Source of the DNA: an uncultured delta proteobacterium
Lineage (GTDB): Bacteria; Desulfobacterota; Desulfuromonadia; Geobacterales; DSM-12255
Assembly: GCA_963787125.1 (NCBI GenBank)
Contig: CAWBBV010000001.1
Span: 288,001 to 352,000 of the forward strand
DNA length: 64,000 bases
Direction: 5' to 3'
The notes under the pieces were generated by a model that did not search any database, had not been told where the DNA came from, and saw nothing but the letters and a program-made list of their open reading frames with translations. The position numbers and the translations under genes are program-made. Below, piece by piece: positions 54,837 through 64,000 of this stretch. Within the stretch, counting starts at the first letter, position 1; every line of letters starts with the position of its first letter.

Positions 54837-56690
54837 TTAATCTACGCCAGTGGCTGTCACCATCGCCATATCTTTTCTGACCTGTTCAAGGAACACCTCT
54901 CTGGAAAGCCCTCCGGAAAATGGGATATGAGCTTCCCGGTCAGCCTTTTCAAGCAATTTTATACTGTTTCTGAACTCTCTGGCAGAAGTTTTAACATCTC
55001 CATTAAGAAAACAGAGCTTCCCCAGGTGATAGTGCGGCATGACAAAATCCATCTTTAACAGAACTGCTTTACGGTACTCTTTCAGCGCGTTTTCAGCGTT
55101 GTCGTGCATCTCAAAAAAGAGTCCCCGCAGGAAATAGCCTTCGGGAAGGAGATCATTGAGGGCAAGTGCCTTGTCAAAGCAGTCAAGAGCTTCTGCCCCC
55201 TTGGCGGTCATGAGGTAAATCTGGCCTGAAGCCAGAATAGCGCCGGTATGCTCCGGCTTTATCCGGAGCAGTTCCCGAAAAACTTCAGCAGCAGCAGCAT
55301 AGCTTTCCTGAAGCATTAGTCCCTGGCCTTTTGCAAAGAGAGCCTCAGGGCTAATACTGCCGGCCGGTTTGACAGAAGGCAGCGGCGCTGTTTTTTTGGG
55401 GAGATTAGCTGCCGGGTGCGCAGTTGTGCTCTGAGCTCTTGTGGCGAGCGCGGTTGACACTGAGGGTTTATTTGCCGATGCCGGCGGCTCGATTTTCTTG
55501 GTATAGTAAAAACAACCTTCATGGATATGCCGCTCAAAATTTGAAGAGACATTTGCCAGCGTTTCGGAGTGGCCGAGGAAGAGATATCCGCCGGGATTCA
55601 AGGCGTCAGCAAACATCTCTACGACCTTTTTGGTTGTAACGGTTGTGAAGTAAATCATGACATTACGGCAGAAAATGATGTCAAAGGAGGGCGCCGGCAG
55701 CAGCAGCGGCGCCTGCAGGTTAAAATAGGTGAACTCCACCAGTGACTTGACCTCATCTTTGACAATATAACTTTCGCCGATCCGGTTAAAGTATTTTTCC
55801 AGATAATGTTTTTGAGTAACCCTTATTTTCCAGGAGTTATAGACCCCTTCTTTTGCCCGGCGCAGGGAACGGCTATTTATGTCAGTAGCATATATTTTGA
55901 TATCACGTGTCTTCCAGTCAGGTATGGTGTCGATAATGGTAATAGCAAGCGTGTATGCTTCCTCGCCGGTGGAGCAGCCTGCAGACCATATCCTGATACT
56001 CTTTCCATGGGCAGGTTTTACTATGGACGGGAGTACGTTCAAGGTGAGAGCTTCAAAATGCGCATGGTAGCGGAAGAAAAAGGTTTCGCCGACGGTCAGT
56101 AGCTGGAGCAGTTTCTGCAGCTCCTGCCGCTTTTCCATGTTCTCTTCCAGAAAGGCGAAGTAATCACTGAACAAGGCGATTCGCAGGGCTGACATCCGAC
56201 TGGCAAGGCCGCGCTCCAGCACCTTGATATTGCGGCGTTCGAAGTGAAGCCCGCTGTGTTGTATCAGGAAGTCATGAAAATTGCGATGCTCGTCATGGGT
56301 AAGCTGCTGCTTGACGGAAGAGGTACGTTTTTTTCGGCCTTCGGAGATCATCCTGATGTCTTCACGCAGGCGTCTCAAGTCAACAGGCTTACAGATAAAG
56401 TCAAAGAGATGGAGCAGCTCGAATTCGAGTTCGGGAAAGTCAGAGATGACGATTATCGGGATATTGCTGGTTGTAAAAGAGTGGTGAAGGCGATTAACGG
56501 TTTCTATCCCGGCTAAATCAGGCATGGAAATTTCGACCAGGATCAGGTCCGGGCGCTGTTCAACCGCCTGCTGAATGGCAGTTTTCTCGCCTGATATTGA
56601 CACGGGTCGCTGGCCTTCAGTCGCAAGAAAGCGACAGAGCATTCCGGACAGCTCGTCGTTTTGGTTAATGACCAGGATATTGAGCGGCAT
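54837..56690 (-). CDS. cheR: CheR methyltransferase with N-terminal atypical REC and C-terminal TPR
   Basis: GETFFFR, WSAGCSTGEEAY, IFCRNVMIYF, LGHSE; TPR helices at the C-terminus. Confidence 0.92.
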   Translation of the reverse strand: MPLNILVINQNDELSGMLCRFLATEGQRPVSISGEKTAIQQAVEQRPDLILVEISMPDLAGIETVNRLHHSFTTSNIPIIVISDFPELEFELLHLFDFICKPVDLRRLREDIRMISEGRKKRTSSVKQQLTHDEHRNFHDFLIQHSGLHFERRNIKVLERGLASRMSALRIALFSDYFAFLEENMEKRQELQKLLQLLTVGETFFFRYHAHFEALTLNVLPSIVKPAHGKSIRIWSAGCSTGEEAYTLAITIIDTIPDWKTRDIKIYATDINSRSLRRAKEGVYNSWKIRVTQKHYLEKYFNRIGESYIVKDEVKSLVEFTYFNLQAPLLLPAPSFDIIFCRNVMIYFTTVTTKKVVEMFADALNPGGYLFLGHSETLANVSSNFERHIHEGCFYYTKKIEPPASANKPSVSTALATRAQSTTAHPAANLPKKTAPLPSVKPAGSISPEALFAKGQGLMLQESYAAAAEVFRELLRIKPEHTGAILASGQIYLMTAKGAEALDCFDKALALNDLLPEGYFLRGLFFEMHDNAENALKEYRKAVLLKMDFVMPHYHLGKLCFLNGDVKTSAREFRNSIKLLEKADREAHIPFSGGLSREVFLEQVRKDMAMVTATGVD

Positions 56691-56692
56691 CT

Positions 56693-57175
56693 TTAACCCT
56701 CTCTTCCTTCTAGAAGAACTGCTACCGAGTAAGCTGCAATCCCCTCTTCTCTCCCGGCAAAGCCGAGCTCTTCGGTCGTCGTCGCCTTTACATTTATCCG
56801 GTCAGGATCAACATTGATGACAGCGGCAATATTGGCCCGCATCTGTGCAATGAATGGCGCAAGTTTAGGTTTCTGGGCAACAATCGTGGCGTCAAGATTG
56901 CCGATGCGGTAACCTTTATCAGCTGCCAGAAGCGCTACCTGGCGGAGAAGATCGGTGCTGGCGGCTCCTTTATAGACAGGATTCGTATCGGGAAAATGTC
57001 TGCCAATATCACCTTCTCCGATCGCACCCAGTATTGCATCGCAGATCGCATGGAGCAGCACATCCGCATCCGAATGGCCGAGCAGACCGGTTTCGTGGGG
57101 TATTTCCACGCCGCCGAGGATGAGCTTGCGCCCGGCAACCAGCTTGTGTACGTCATAGCCATGGCCTATTCTCAT
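56693..57175 (-). CDS. ispF: 2-C-methyl-D-erythritol 2,4-cyclodiphosphate synthase
   Basis: [16 protein letters not shown] and KATTTE motifs. Confidence 0.97.
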   Translation of the reverse strand: MRIGHGYDVHKLVAGRKLILGGVEIPHETGLLGHSDADVLLHAICDAILGAIGEGDIGRHFPDTNPVYKGAASTDLLRQVALLAADKGYRIGNLDATIVAQKPKLAPFIAQMRANIAAVINVDPDRINVKATTTEELGFAGREEGIAAYSVAVLLEGREG

Positions 57176-57873
57176 GAAAAACTCTTCCCGTGTTTCTGCA
57201 AAAACGCTTCAGCCAGAATTAAATCCTCCGGTGTTGTAATCTTGATATTCCGGTAATCACCAATAACAACATGAATCTTTTTCCCTATTCTCTCCAGGAG
57301 CGAGGTGTCGTCGGTACCGATAAATCCTTCAGCTTCAGCAAGTTCGTGGGCGGCGCGAATTACCTTGTAACGAAAAGTTTGTGGTGTCTGGGCGAGCCAG
57401 AGAGCTTCGCGCGGCGGAGTTGCTGCCACAAAGGCATCCTTGACAATCTTGACCGTATCTTTTACCGGAACCGCTACCAAAGCGCCATCATACTCAAGAG
57501 CCATGTCGATCGAGCGTTTTAGCGCTGCCAGTGGCGCAAACGGCCGGACACCGTCATGAATGAGCACTATATCGTCAGCAGCGCAGTCAAGTGCGCGTAG
57601 CCCGTTCAGCACCGAAAACTGCCGTTCAGTTCCGCCGGCGACAATCTGACGAACCTTATCTATACCATATTTCTCGACCAGATGAATCCGGCAGTATTCG
57701 ATCTCCTCGGTCGGAACGACTATAAAGATTTCATCAATGAAGTCAGCCTGCTGGAAAAGTTCGAGAGTGTGGGCAAGAATCGGTTTACCGTCGAGCAGCA
57801 GATACTGCTTGTTTATCGAAGCTCCCATCCGCTTCCCCATGCCGGCTGCCGGGATTAATGCCACTCTTTTCAA
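57172..57873 (-). CDS. ispD: 2-C-methyl-D-erythritol 4-phosphate cytidylyltransferase
   Basis: [22 protein letters not shown] and NIKITTPED motifs. Confidence 0.96.
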   Translation of the reverse strand: MKRVALIPAAGMGKRMGASINKQYLLLDGKPILAHTLELFQQADFIDEIFIVVPTEEIEYCRIHLVEKYGIDKVRQIVAGGTERQFSVLNGLRALDCAADDIVLIHDGVRPFAPLAALKRSIDMALEYDGALVAVPVKDTVKIVKDAFVAATPPREALWLAQTPQTFRYKVIRAAHELAEAEGFIGTDDTSLLERIGKKIHVVIGDYRNIKITTPEDLILAEAFLQKHGKSFS

Positions 57874-57892
57874 TGCTGCTCCTTTTTTGTGC

Positions 57893-58897
57893 CTAAGTTA
57901 CGCAGATAAAATCCTTGCCATCGGCAAGACCGGTCTTAACAGCCCACTCCCTTATCCCGGCTCTGGCCCCGCGTGTCCCCACCGTTACCAACAGCTTTGC
58001 GCCCTTCGGCAATATTTTATAAGGGGAGACAATCTCAGCGCCGTGAAGAATTCTCCCATGTTTTTTAGGGTCAACATCTATCCAGCGACTGACGGTTACG
58101 CCAATTTCTGCCAGGATTCGCTGCCATGCCCGTCCTTCCTTGCCTGCCCCTGCAAGAATTACCTCGGTAACCTTGCTCAAAAAGCCCTTTTGCAGGTGGT
58201 GTGCCTTGCAGCGCCTAAAAGCATCTTCCGAGTATTCAGACATGGTCCGGGTCGCCCTCTGCGGGCGGTCACGCCAGAAAATCAGCGGTTCACCGGATCT
58301 GGCAAAACGGACTGAAGCATGAGCCATCCGGAGCCAAAGGTCATAATCTTCTGCCCACCCCATATCCCGGTAACCGCCAAGTTTCTCAACAACCTCTCTT
58401 TTGAACATGACGCCGGGGTGAACAAAGGGTGACTCGACAAAAATATCAGCCATTATGCGATCATGGCTTGACAGGCAGTTCTGCCACTCCTCATAGGCAA
58501 GCATGCCGATTTTCAGTCCCGCGCGCGGGAAGTGGCGGAATGAGGATGCCACCAGCCCCGTTTCAGGTTCCGCTGCAAAAATTTCAAGCTGCTTTGCCAG
58601 TCGCTGTGGATGCGAGATGTCATCGCCGTCCATTCTTGCCACAAAAGGTGCCCGGCACTCCGCCAAACCGAGATTAAGCGCCGGAACCAGTCCATGATCA
58701 CGGTTTTGAATCACTTTTATCCGCTTGTCGGCTGCGGCTGCGGCAAGGATCTGAGCCGTACCGTCCGTAGAGCCGTCATCGACGGCAATCAATTCCCATG
58801 CAGCCACTGTTTGCGCTTTGATAGAGGCTATTGCCCCCCGCAGGTAGCGTTCTTCGTTTTTGACCGGCATGACAAAGGAAACGATTGGATCAGTCAC
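57893..58897 (-). CDS. Family 2 glycosyltransferase with C-terminal Rossmann-like domain
   Basis: VDDGSTD, RMDGDD, AEDYDLW; C-terminal GAGKEGR and IDVDPKK. Confidence 0.88.
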   Translation of the reverse strand: MTDPIVSFVMPVKNEERYLRGAIASIKAQTVAAWELIAVDDGSTDGTAQILAAAAADKRIKVIQNRDHGLVPALNLGLAECRAPFVARMDGDDISHPQRLAKQLEIFAAEPETGLVASSFRHFPRAGLKIGMLAYEEWQNCLSSHDRIMADIFVESPFVHPGVMFKREVVEKLGGYRDMGWAEDYDLWLRMAHASVRFARSGEPLIFWRDRPQRATRTMSEYSEDAFRRCKAHHLQKGFLSKVTEVILAGAGKEGRAWQRILAEIGVTVSRWIDVDPKKHGRILHGAEIVSPYKILPKGAKLLVTVGTRGARAGIREWAVKTGLADGKDFICVT

Positions 58898-59135
58898 CCG
58901 GCGCTAGTTCCTTGCGCACAGGCGACAGGCGCTGCGGCTTTGTCCGGTTGTCAACATTGGCGCAGTATACGCGAAACTCCATCGATAATCCCCTGTATTT
59001 TCAAACAATGTTACACAAAACTGCGATTCTGTCTATTTAGAAGTTTCCAAAAAACCGTTAAATAGGTTGACTAACCGTATAGTCATTTACTACCGTTTAA
59101 ATGTTGGCAAAACTTTGCGGGCGGGCGAACTGATC

Positions 59136-60200
59136 ATGAATATTGAGCAGCTGAAGATTGTGCTGAAAGAGATAGTCACTAAAACCGAATTGACACCCTG
59201 TGTGGTCGGCCACCGTGGTGTCGGCAAGACCGCCGCTATAAGACAGGTCTGCAGTGAACTCAAGCGGAACTATGTACCGTTGCGGCTCGGGCAGATGGAG
59301 GTTGGCGACCTGGTCGGGATACCTTATCGCGAGGGGGAGATCATGCACTGGTCAAGGCCCTCCTGGTGGCCGGTGGAGAGTGATGCCGAAGCGATCGTCC
59401 ACTGTGATGAGCTTAACCGTGCCCAGCAGGATGATACTCTGCAGGCAATTTTCCAGTTTATCGAACCACCGCTGTCTGGCGGCAGCAGAGGGCTGCACAC
59501 TCACCGCCTGCACCCCAGGCACAAGGTCATTGTTACCATAAATCCGCCGGACGGAACCTATCAGGTGGTGCCGCTTGACCGTGCCCTGATTGACCGGATG
59601 GTAATGCTTTATGTAGAAAGTGATTACAACTGCTGGGCGCGTTATGCCCGAGCGTCAGAATTTGACGGTTCTGTTCAGGATTTTTTGGCTGCCAACCAGA
59701 ACCTGCTCGCCCATGATAACCACCCGATGGAGATGGAGGCCAAGCCGTCGGAGCGCGGTTGGGAGATGGTCAGTACGTTGAGGCGCTCCTGCAGTTTCCC
59801 GAGTGAGCTGGAGATGGAGGTTTATGCCGGCATTGTCGGTCAGGAGGCGGCTATCGCGTTTCTGCGCTGGCAGAAAGAGACTCGTGAGCGACCGCTGACA
59901 GCAGTGGAGATTCTTGATCATTTTGGAGACGTCGCCGTGCGGGCGCAGCGGCAACGAGAGGATCAGCACGGCGCTTCCATGAGCGGCTTGATTGCTGCCC
60001 TGCGGCTGGCCGGCGGACTTACGGAACTGCAGGAGGAGAACCTTGTTGCCTATCTCGCCATCCTCCACCGTGACCTCAAGTTTGCCATGGTGAAGAGTCT
60101 GCTGACAATCCCTCTGGTCGCAACGACTCTTACGAAAGACAAGTATGATCCGGTTATCCTTGACGCCATCCGGGCGATAAGCTCCGAAGCCGCGAACTGA
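59136..60200 (+). CDS. AAA+ ATPase (MoxR/AAA_5-like)
   Basis: Walker A GHRGVGKT, Walker B VHCDELNR, LDRALIDR, PSERGWE. Confidence 0.85.
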   Translation: MNIEQLKIVLKEIVTKTELTPCVVGHRGVGKTAAIRQVCSELKRNYVPLRLGQMEVGDLVGIPYREGEIMHWSRPSWWPVESDAEAIVHCDELNRAQQDDTLQAIFQFIEPPLSGGSRGLHTHRLHPRHKVIVTINPPDGTYQVVPLDRALIDRMVMLYVESDYNCWARYARASEFDGSVQDFLAANQNLLAHDNHPMEMEAKPSERGWEMVSTLRRSCSFPSELEMEVYAGIVGQEAAIAFLRWQKETRERPLTAVEILDHFGDVAVRAQRQREDQHGASMSGLIAALRLAGGLTELQEENLVAYLAILHRDLKFAMVKSLLTIPLVATTLTKDKYDPVILDAIRAISSEAAN

Positions 60201-60203
60201 AAC

Positions 60204-61373
60204 ATGAATGGAAGGATCCTCGAAAATACCGTTGTCCGTCTCCTCAAAAAACGCCCGTTTTACGGCTACCTGCTGACAGGTACGCGTAAAACGGTCGGCT
60301 CGGCAGGGCATCCGGTCGGTATAACTTTCAGCGCCGGCATCCCAACACTTAAAAGCAATGAAAGTCTGCTCGCCTCATATCCAGCGGACCAGCAGGAGGC
60401 GCTGCTGGAGCACTGCGTTCTGCATCTGCTTCATCTTCATCCGCTGCGGCGCAAAGAGCGCAATCGCCATGATTGGGACGTTGCCTGCGATCTGGCTATT
60501 AATCCGGGGATAGAGAGTATGCCGCTATCGACTCCATTCCCGGATTATTTTCACCTTCCCGATGGTCTGGCAGCCGAGGAGTATTACCAGCAGCTGGTTG
60601 ACCCTTTTGATACCGGCAATCTTAATGGCGCAGGAGCAGGAAGCGCCGAGAAGGATGATACCGGACTTTCAGGAAAAGGTCAGGGCGAGAGCGATCCTGC
60701 CCCGCTGGATGACCATTCAATCTGGGAGGAGGCTGACTCTACGCCGCTGTGTCTGGCCGAGGAGATGGTGCGGGCGATGGTGCGGGACGCCTGGCAGAAG
60801 TGCGATGGCGATGTCCCGGGGGAACTGCGACCGCTGGTCGAATTGCTACTGGCAGCGCCGCGGATTCCGTGGAAGTTGATTCTGCGGCAGTTTGTAGCCA
60901 ATGCGGGTCGGGTCGGTAAAAAATCTACCTGGCAACGCGTGAATCGGCGTTTTGCGTATGCAACTCCCGGGAGCAGGAAACGGCACCGGCTGAATTTGCT
61001 CATCGGTGTTGATGTGAGCGATTCGACCAATGCACCGGAACTGCGGGAGGCGTTTGCCGCCGAACTTGCCAGAATTGCAGGGGGGGGCGATAGTTCGCTG
61101 ACCGTTCTCTACGCCAACAGCCGGATTCAGCAGCTGGAAAGCTTTCGCGGCAGTAGTGTCAAGCTTGAAAGTTATCACGGTGGTGGCTTCACCGACCTGC
61201 GTCCGGTTTTTGCGTACGCCCGAACCATGCAGCCGCGGCCGGCAGCGATAATTTATCTCACCGACGGCATCGGCCCGGCACCTGAGGAGATGGAGTTTCC
61301 GACGTTATGGGTGTTGACTGGTGAAGGAGAGAAGCCTGTGCCGTGGGGGGTGGAGCTGAGACTGGAGGTTTAA
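60204..61373 (+). CDS. DUF2201-type metallopeptidase-like + vWA domain protein
   Basis: EHCVLHLLHLH..WDVACDLAIN N-domain; MIDAS DVSDS, GGGFTD, YLTDG. Confidence 0.82.
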   Translation: MNGRILENTVVRLLKKRPFYGYLLTGTRKTVGSAGHPVGITFSAGIPTLKSNESLLASYPADQQEALLEHCVLHLLHLHPLRRKERNRHDWDVACDLAINPGIESMPLSTPFPDYFHLPDGLAAEEYYQQLVDPFDTGNLNGAGAGSAEKDDTGLSGKGQGESDPAPLDDHSIWEEADSTPLCLAEEMVRAMVRDAWQKCDGDVPGELRPLVELLLAAPRIPWKLILRQFVANAGRVGKKSTWQRVNRRFAYATPGSRKRHRLNLLIGVDVSDSTNAPELREAFAAELARIAGGGDSSLTVLYANSRIQQLESFRGSSVKLESYHGGGFTDLRPVFAYARTMQPRPAAIIYLTDGIGPAPEEMEFPTLWVLTGEGEKPVPWGVELRLEV

Positions 61374-61403
61374 CGAGCCCCGTAGCTTCAGCCACGGGGC
61401 TCG
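61374..61403. terminator. GC-rich hairpin between convergent vWA and cytochrome genes
   Basis: cgagccccgtagct-tc-agccacggggctcg. Confidence 0.65.
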
Positions 61404-61423
61404 CTAAGGAATAGTAGCAGCTT

Positions 61424-62860
61424 TTACTTTTTAGCGCTTCTTCCCCCGGCTTTCAGCGGATCACCTTTGTAGCCGAGCTCCTTCCAGTTCATCCTGTTGC
61501 CCCCCATGTGACATTCGCCACACTGCAGCGCCTCCTCTTTCGGCGACACCTCATGACTGGCACTGATGTAGGAGACCGTATTAACGAACTCGTATTTGCC
61601 GCTGTAAGGCAGGATGTCCGAACCGTTTTTAAGCGCCTTGTCCCAGCTGTAGTCATCCCAGAGAGATTTATACTGCTGGAAGATGCCGAGATATTTGTAC
61701 TTTGAGTCCATCGGCTGGTCGCCGGTATAGAGCTTGTACGGATAAATCTTGGCGCTCTTATCCTTGATATCGCCGACCGGCTTTGTCATCATCACCGGTT
61801 TTTTCGGATCCTTGATTTTGTCGCCCACCATGTAACGCTCAATCTTGCCGTTGTACCAGGCGTAGGCCGGAGTTACATTCATTGCCCAAGTAAAGGAGCC
61901 CTTCTTTTTCATAAACGTCTCTTTGTCGAACTGTTCGTCGGCCTTGATATCCTTGCCCACATCAGACCATTTCCAACTCATCTTGGTGGCCTGTCCCTTG
62001 GCAAAGACCGGAATATGACAGGTTTCACAGGCAACGGCTGAGAGATGTCCGTTCAGAATAGTCCCGTTCTTTGACTTCTGGTGCGGCGCCATTTTGCCGG
62101 TGTGGCAGTCAGTACAGGCGACTCTGGCATCATAGTGTGCCATCATACTGGATGCACCGGCAATCTTGTGCTCTTTAGTCTTATGACAGGTCTGGCAGCT
62201 CATGTCCTGGCCGCCGCTGGCCTTGGAGCCCATGTGAACATCCTGCTTTTTCACAGTTTTTTCCAGGGTAGAATCAAGCCCGGCATGCTTGACCGCGTCA
62301 GCGCCGCCGCCAAAGAAGTGGCAGTAGCCGCAGTTTCGCCGCGTCGGCATGCCGACACTTTTGGCTGCCAGATCAAGATCCATGACCCCTTTTTCCATCG
62401 ACTTCATGTCAACGGTGCAGCCGACCGATGCCCGCTGGTAGTTGCCTTGTCCAGCATGACAGATCAGGCAGTCCACATTCTCTTTATTGCTGAAATCATA
62501 ATCGGTGCGGGTCCAGCCGTAGCCGGCATGACATTTGTCACAGGCTTCGTGCACTATACCGTCCTTGCCTGCCTGTATGGAGGTGCAAAAGGCGTTGAGC
62601 ATGTTCGCCTTACCGAAGAGTTTGTCACTCTTTTCCAGCCCTTTCACATGATTGGGCGTCCCCTTCCAGTTCCAGTGAGTCGTCTTCATGAAGTCAGCCG
62701 CCTGTTTTTCATGACACTCAAGGCAGGCCCTGGTAACTTCCGGTCCGCTTTTGAAGCCACCTTTCAGGTGCCTGGAATGATCTTCAGCAGCAAAAACAGT
62801 AGTTACTGTAAACAGCAATACGGCGGCAAACAACATGTTGATTATTTTTGCAGATTTCAT
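61424..62860 (-). CDS. Octaheme c-type cytochrome, tetrathionate reductase (OTR) family
   Basis: Signal peptide; 8 CxxCH (CLECH, CDKCH, CLICH, CGYCH, CQTCH, CTDCH, CETCH, CGECH); GKxxxxNxFC and CH..GGG.D.VKH motifs. Confidence 0.9.
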   Translation of the reverse strand: MKSAKIINMLFAAVLLFTVTTVFAAEDHSRHLKGGFKSGPEVTRACLECHEKQAADFMKTTHWNWKGTPNHVKGLEKSDKLFGKANMLNAFCTSIQAGKDGIVHEACDKCHAGYGWTRTDYDFSNKENVDCLICHAGQGNYQRASVGCTVDMKSMEKGVMDLDLAAKSVGMPTRRNCGYCHFFGGGADAVKHAGLDSTLEKTVKKQDVHMGSKASGGQDMSCQTCHKTKEHKIAGASSMMAHYDARVACTDCHTGKMAPHQKSKNGTILNGHLSAVACETCHIPVFAKGQATKMSWKWSDVGKDIKADEQFDKETFMKKKGSFTWAMNVTPAYAWYNGKIERYMVGDKIKDPKKPVMMTKPVGDIKDKSAKIYPYKLYTGDQPMDSKYKYLGIFQQYKSLWDDYSWDKALKNGSDILPYSGKYEFVNTVSYISASHEVSPKEEALQCGECHMGGNRMNWKELGYKGDPLKAGGRSAKK

Positions 62861-62882
62861 AAACCCTCCGTCTCTTTATCGG

Positions 62883-63206
62883 TCAGCAACCGGCAGTTTT
62901 CTTGAAGGACTTACTGAGGTTTTTACCGCCTTCATTGTCATACCTGCAGCGGATTTCATCGTCGACAACGATCCGCTTATCCTTGAACTTATCCAGAGTT
63001 AACTCATCATTTATCAAAATCGGGATCTCGACGCCGCTTTTTGTGTCTTTCAGCACGGCAATTGCTGATTTACCGTCAACGGCCAGCTCAATTTTCGATA
63101 CGGTGCCGACCATTTTAATCTCTTCGGCATTGGCTGTTGAGGTGAAAAAGAGAGTTCCTATTGCAAGGAATAGGGAAAAAATGGAGTAAGTAAGAAACCT
63201 TTTCAT
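62883..63206 (-). CDS. Small exported beta-rich protein ending in ...KKTAGC (107 aa)
   Basis: AAGGAG RBS before ATG 63206, Sec signal peptide (ANA-EE), C-terminal Gly-Cys. Confidence 0.75.
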   Translation of the reverse strand: MKRFLTYSIFSLFLAIGTLFFTSTANAEEIKMVGTVSKIELAVDGKSAIAVLKDTKSGVEIPILINDELTLDKFKDKRIVVDDEIRCRYDNEGGKNLSKSFKKTAGC

Positions 63207-63254
63207 TGATACACTCCTTAAAATAGTTTTAATCGCTTGCGCTGTGTAACAGCG

Positions 63255-63300
63255 GAAAAAATAACCGGCAACAAGGGCACGATTATTACCCATGTTGCCG
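63255..63300 (-). terminator. Putative intrinsic terminator after the porin-like gene
   Basis: cggcaaca..ggg/ccc..tgttgccg stem followed on the minus strand by gttatttttt. Confidence 0.5.
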
Positions 63301-63307
63301 TAGCTTT

Positions 63308-64000
63308 TTAAAATTTCACTTCAAAGGTTGCATAGATATCCTGTGCATTTTTGAGTGGAGCCAAGTACTGCATATTCGCAGCGGTCAATTCGGAAATTTT
63401 TGTCGGTGAGCCTACCCAGTTGTTGCTGTTGGTGTACTGGAAGTCATAGTACTGATAGCCAAGCCGGAAGAATGCTTTGCTCAGGTGAGAAGAGATGGGT
63501 GTCAGTTTCAACTCCTGGATCAGGTAGGCTTCATATACGCTGCCTCTGGTTCCCAGCTTGGTGGTCCACATATCATCGGCAGCCGGATCAAAGGGGATCC
63601 AGTTTTTTGAACCGTAGTTATATTCCAAACCTAATTTCGTGCCGGTTGCAGTGAAGTCATAACGTCCGCCAAGATAGGCACTATAACCAGTTTTGTCATC
63701 AGCAGCCCCGGGGCCGGTATTAAAGTCGCCAGTCAGAAGTCCGAAAGGTGATCCGGGAGAAACATTACCGTTCGGGTGGGTTACACTCATGCCGGAACTG
63801 GCGAAGAGGTTGAGATTGCCGGGCCCGACTTTCTTAAGTGTGCTAAGAACACCCATTCCGTACCAGTCAATCTCTCCAAGCTGGGCTTTGACATTGTTAG
63901 GATTGTCGAAGATGTTGAAGCCGCGGTTCCATTGTAAATCGATTCGGAGCGGATCGGTGTCAATGGGAACAATGGCAATCCCAAGCATGTCAGTGTCTCT
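63308..64000 (-). CDS. Outer-membrane beta-barrel-like protein (DUF3373-like), 5' part outside window
   Basis: Frame open to window edge; alternating aromatic beta-strands; C-terminal YATFEVKF OMP-type signature. Confidence 0.7.
   Translation of the reverse strand, partial: RDTDMLGIAIVPIDTDPLRIDLQWNRGFNIFDNPNNVKAQLGEIDWYGMGVLSTLKKVGPGNLNLFASSGMSVTHPNGNVSPGSPFGLLTGDFNTGPGAADDKTGYSAYLGGRYDFTATGTKLGLEYNYGSKNWIPFDPAADDMWTTKLGTRGSVYEAYLIQELKLTPISSHLSKAFFRLGYQYYDFQYTNSNNWVGSPTKISELTAANMQYLAPLKNAQDIYATFEVKF

Noticed and set aside
58890..58982. 30-codon minus-strand ORF overlapping the GT2 start (GTGACTGA)
   Set aside because: Too short, with no recognisable features; cannot be supported without conservation data.
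61374..61403. Hairpin resembling IS200/IS605 or REP end motifs
   Set aside because: No tnpA/tnpB nearby; adequately explained as a terminator between convergent genes.
62883..62888. Cys-TGA end of the small exported protein as a possible Cys-Sec motif
   Set aside because: No evident SECIS hairpin follows; read-through would run out of frame over the cytochrome RBS and start.

Overview
Origin-of-replication region of a Geobacteraceae/Desulfuromonadia-type chromosome (inferred from gene content and order). Left of oriC: a short accessory block (4Fe-4S protein fragment, transglutaminase-like protein, periplasmic MBL-fold hydrolase, glycerate kinase fused to a cupin), plsC, rnj, ftsK, an ACT-domain protein and def. 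A long minus-strand run follows: dnaA-dnaN-recF-gyrB-gyrA-HEAT protein-gpsA-two kinases-HD-GYP, then radical SAM-hemE-slyX. oriC lies between dnaA and dnaN, with DnaA-trios, an IHF-like site and consistently non-canonical DnaA boxes (TTATYAACA). Right of oriC: rpmH-rnpA-yidD-yidC-mnmE-(perfect parS)-mnmG-rsmG, a lipoprotein, hemH, nadA, and CIRCE-controlled hrcA-grpE-dnaK-dnaJ plus a PLD nuclease. Further right: a GGDEF-EAL gene, oleA-oleB without oleC/D, a Frz/Wsp-like chemosensory cluster downstream of GT2-ispD-ispF, an AAA+/vWA-peptidase pair, and a porin-like/small Cys-tailed protein/octaheme cytochrome module. Most notable: the shifted DnaA-box consensus with a matching change in DnaA domain IV, a bacterial QTGAL-like glycosyltransferase, the porin/GC-tail/octaheme module, and the AAA+/vWA pair with an HExxH-to-HCxxH change. 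No rRNA, tRNA, CRISPR array or intact transposase was seen. Family assignments come from motif recognition, not database searches.
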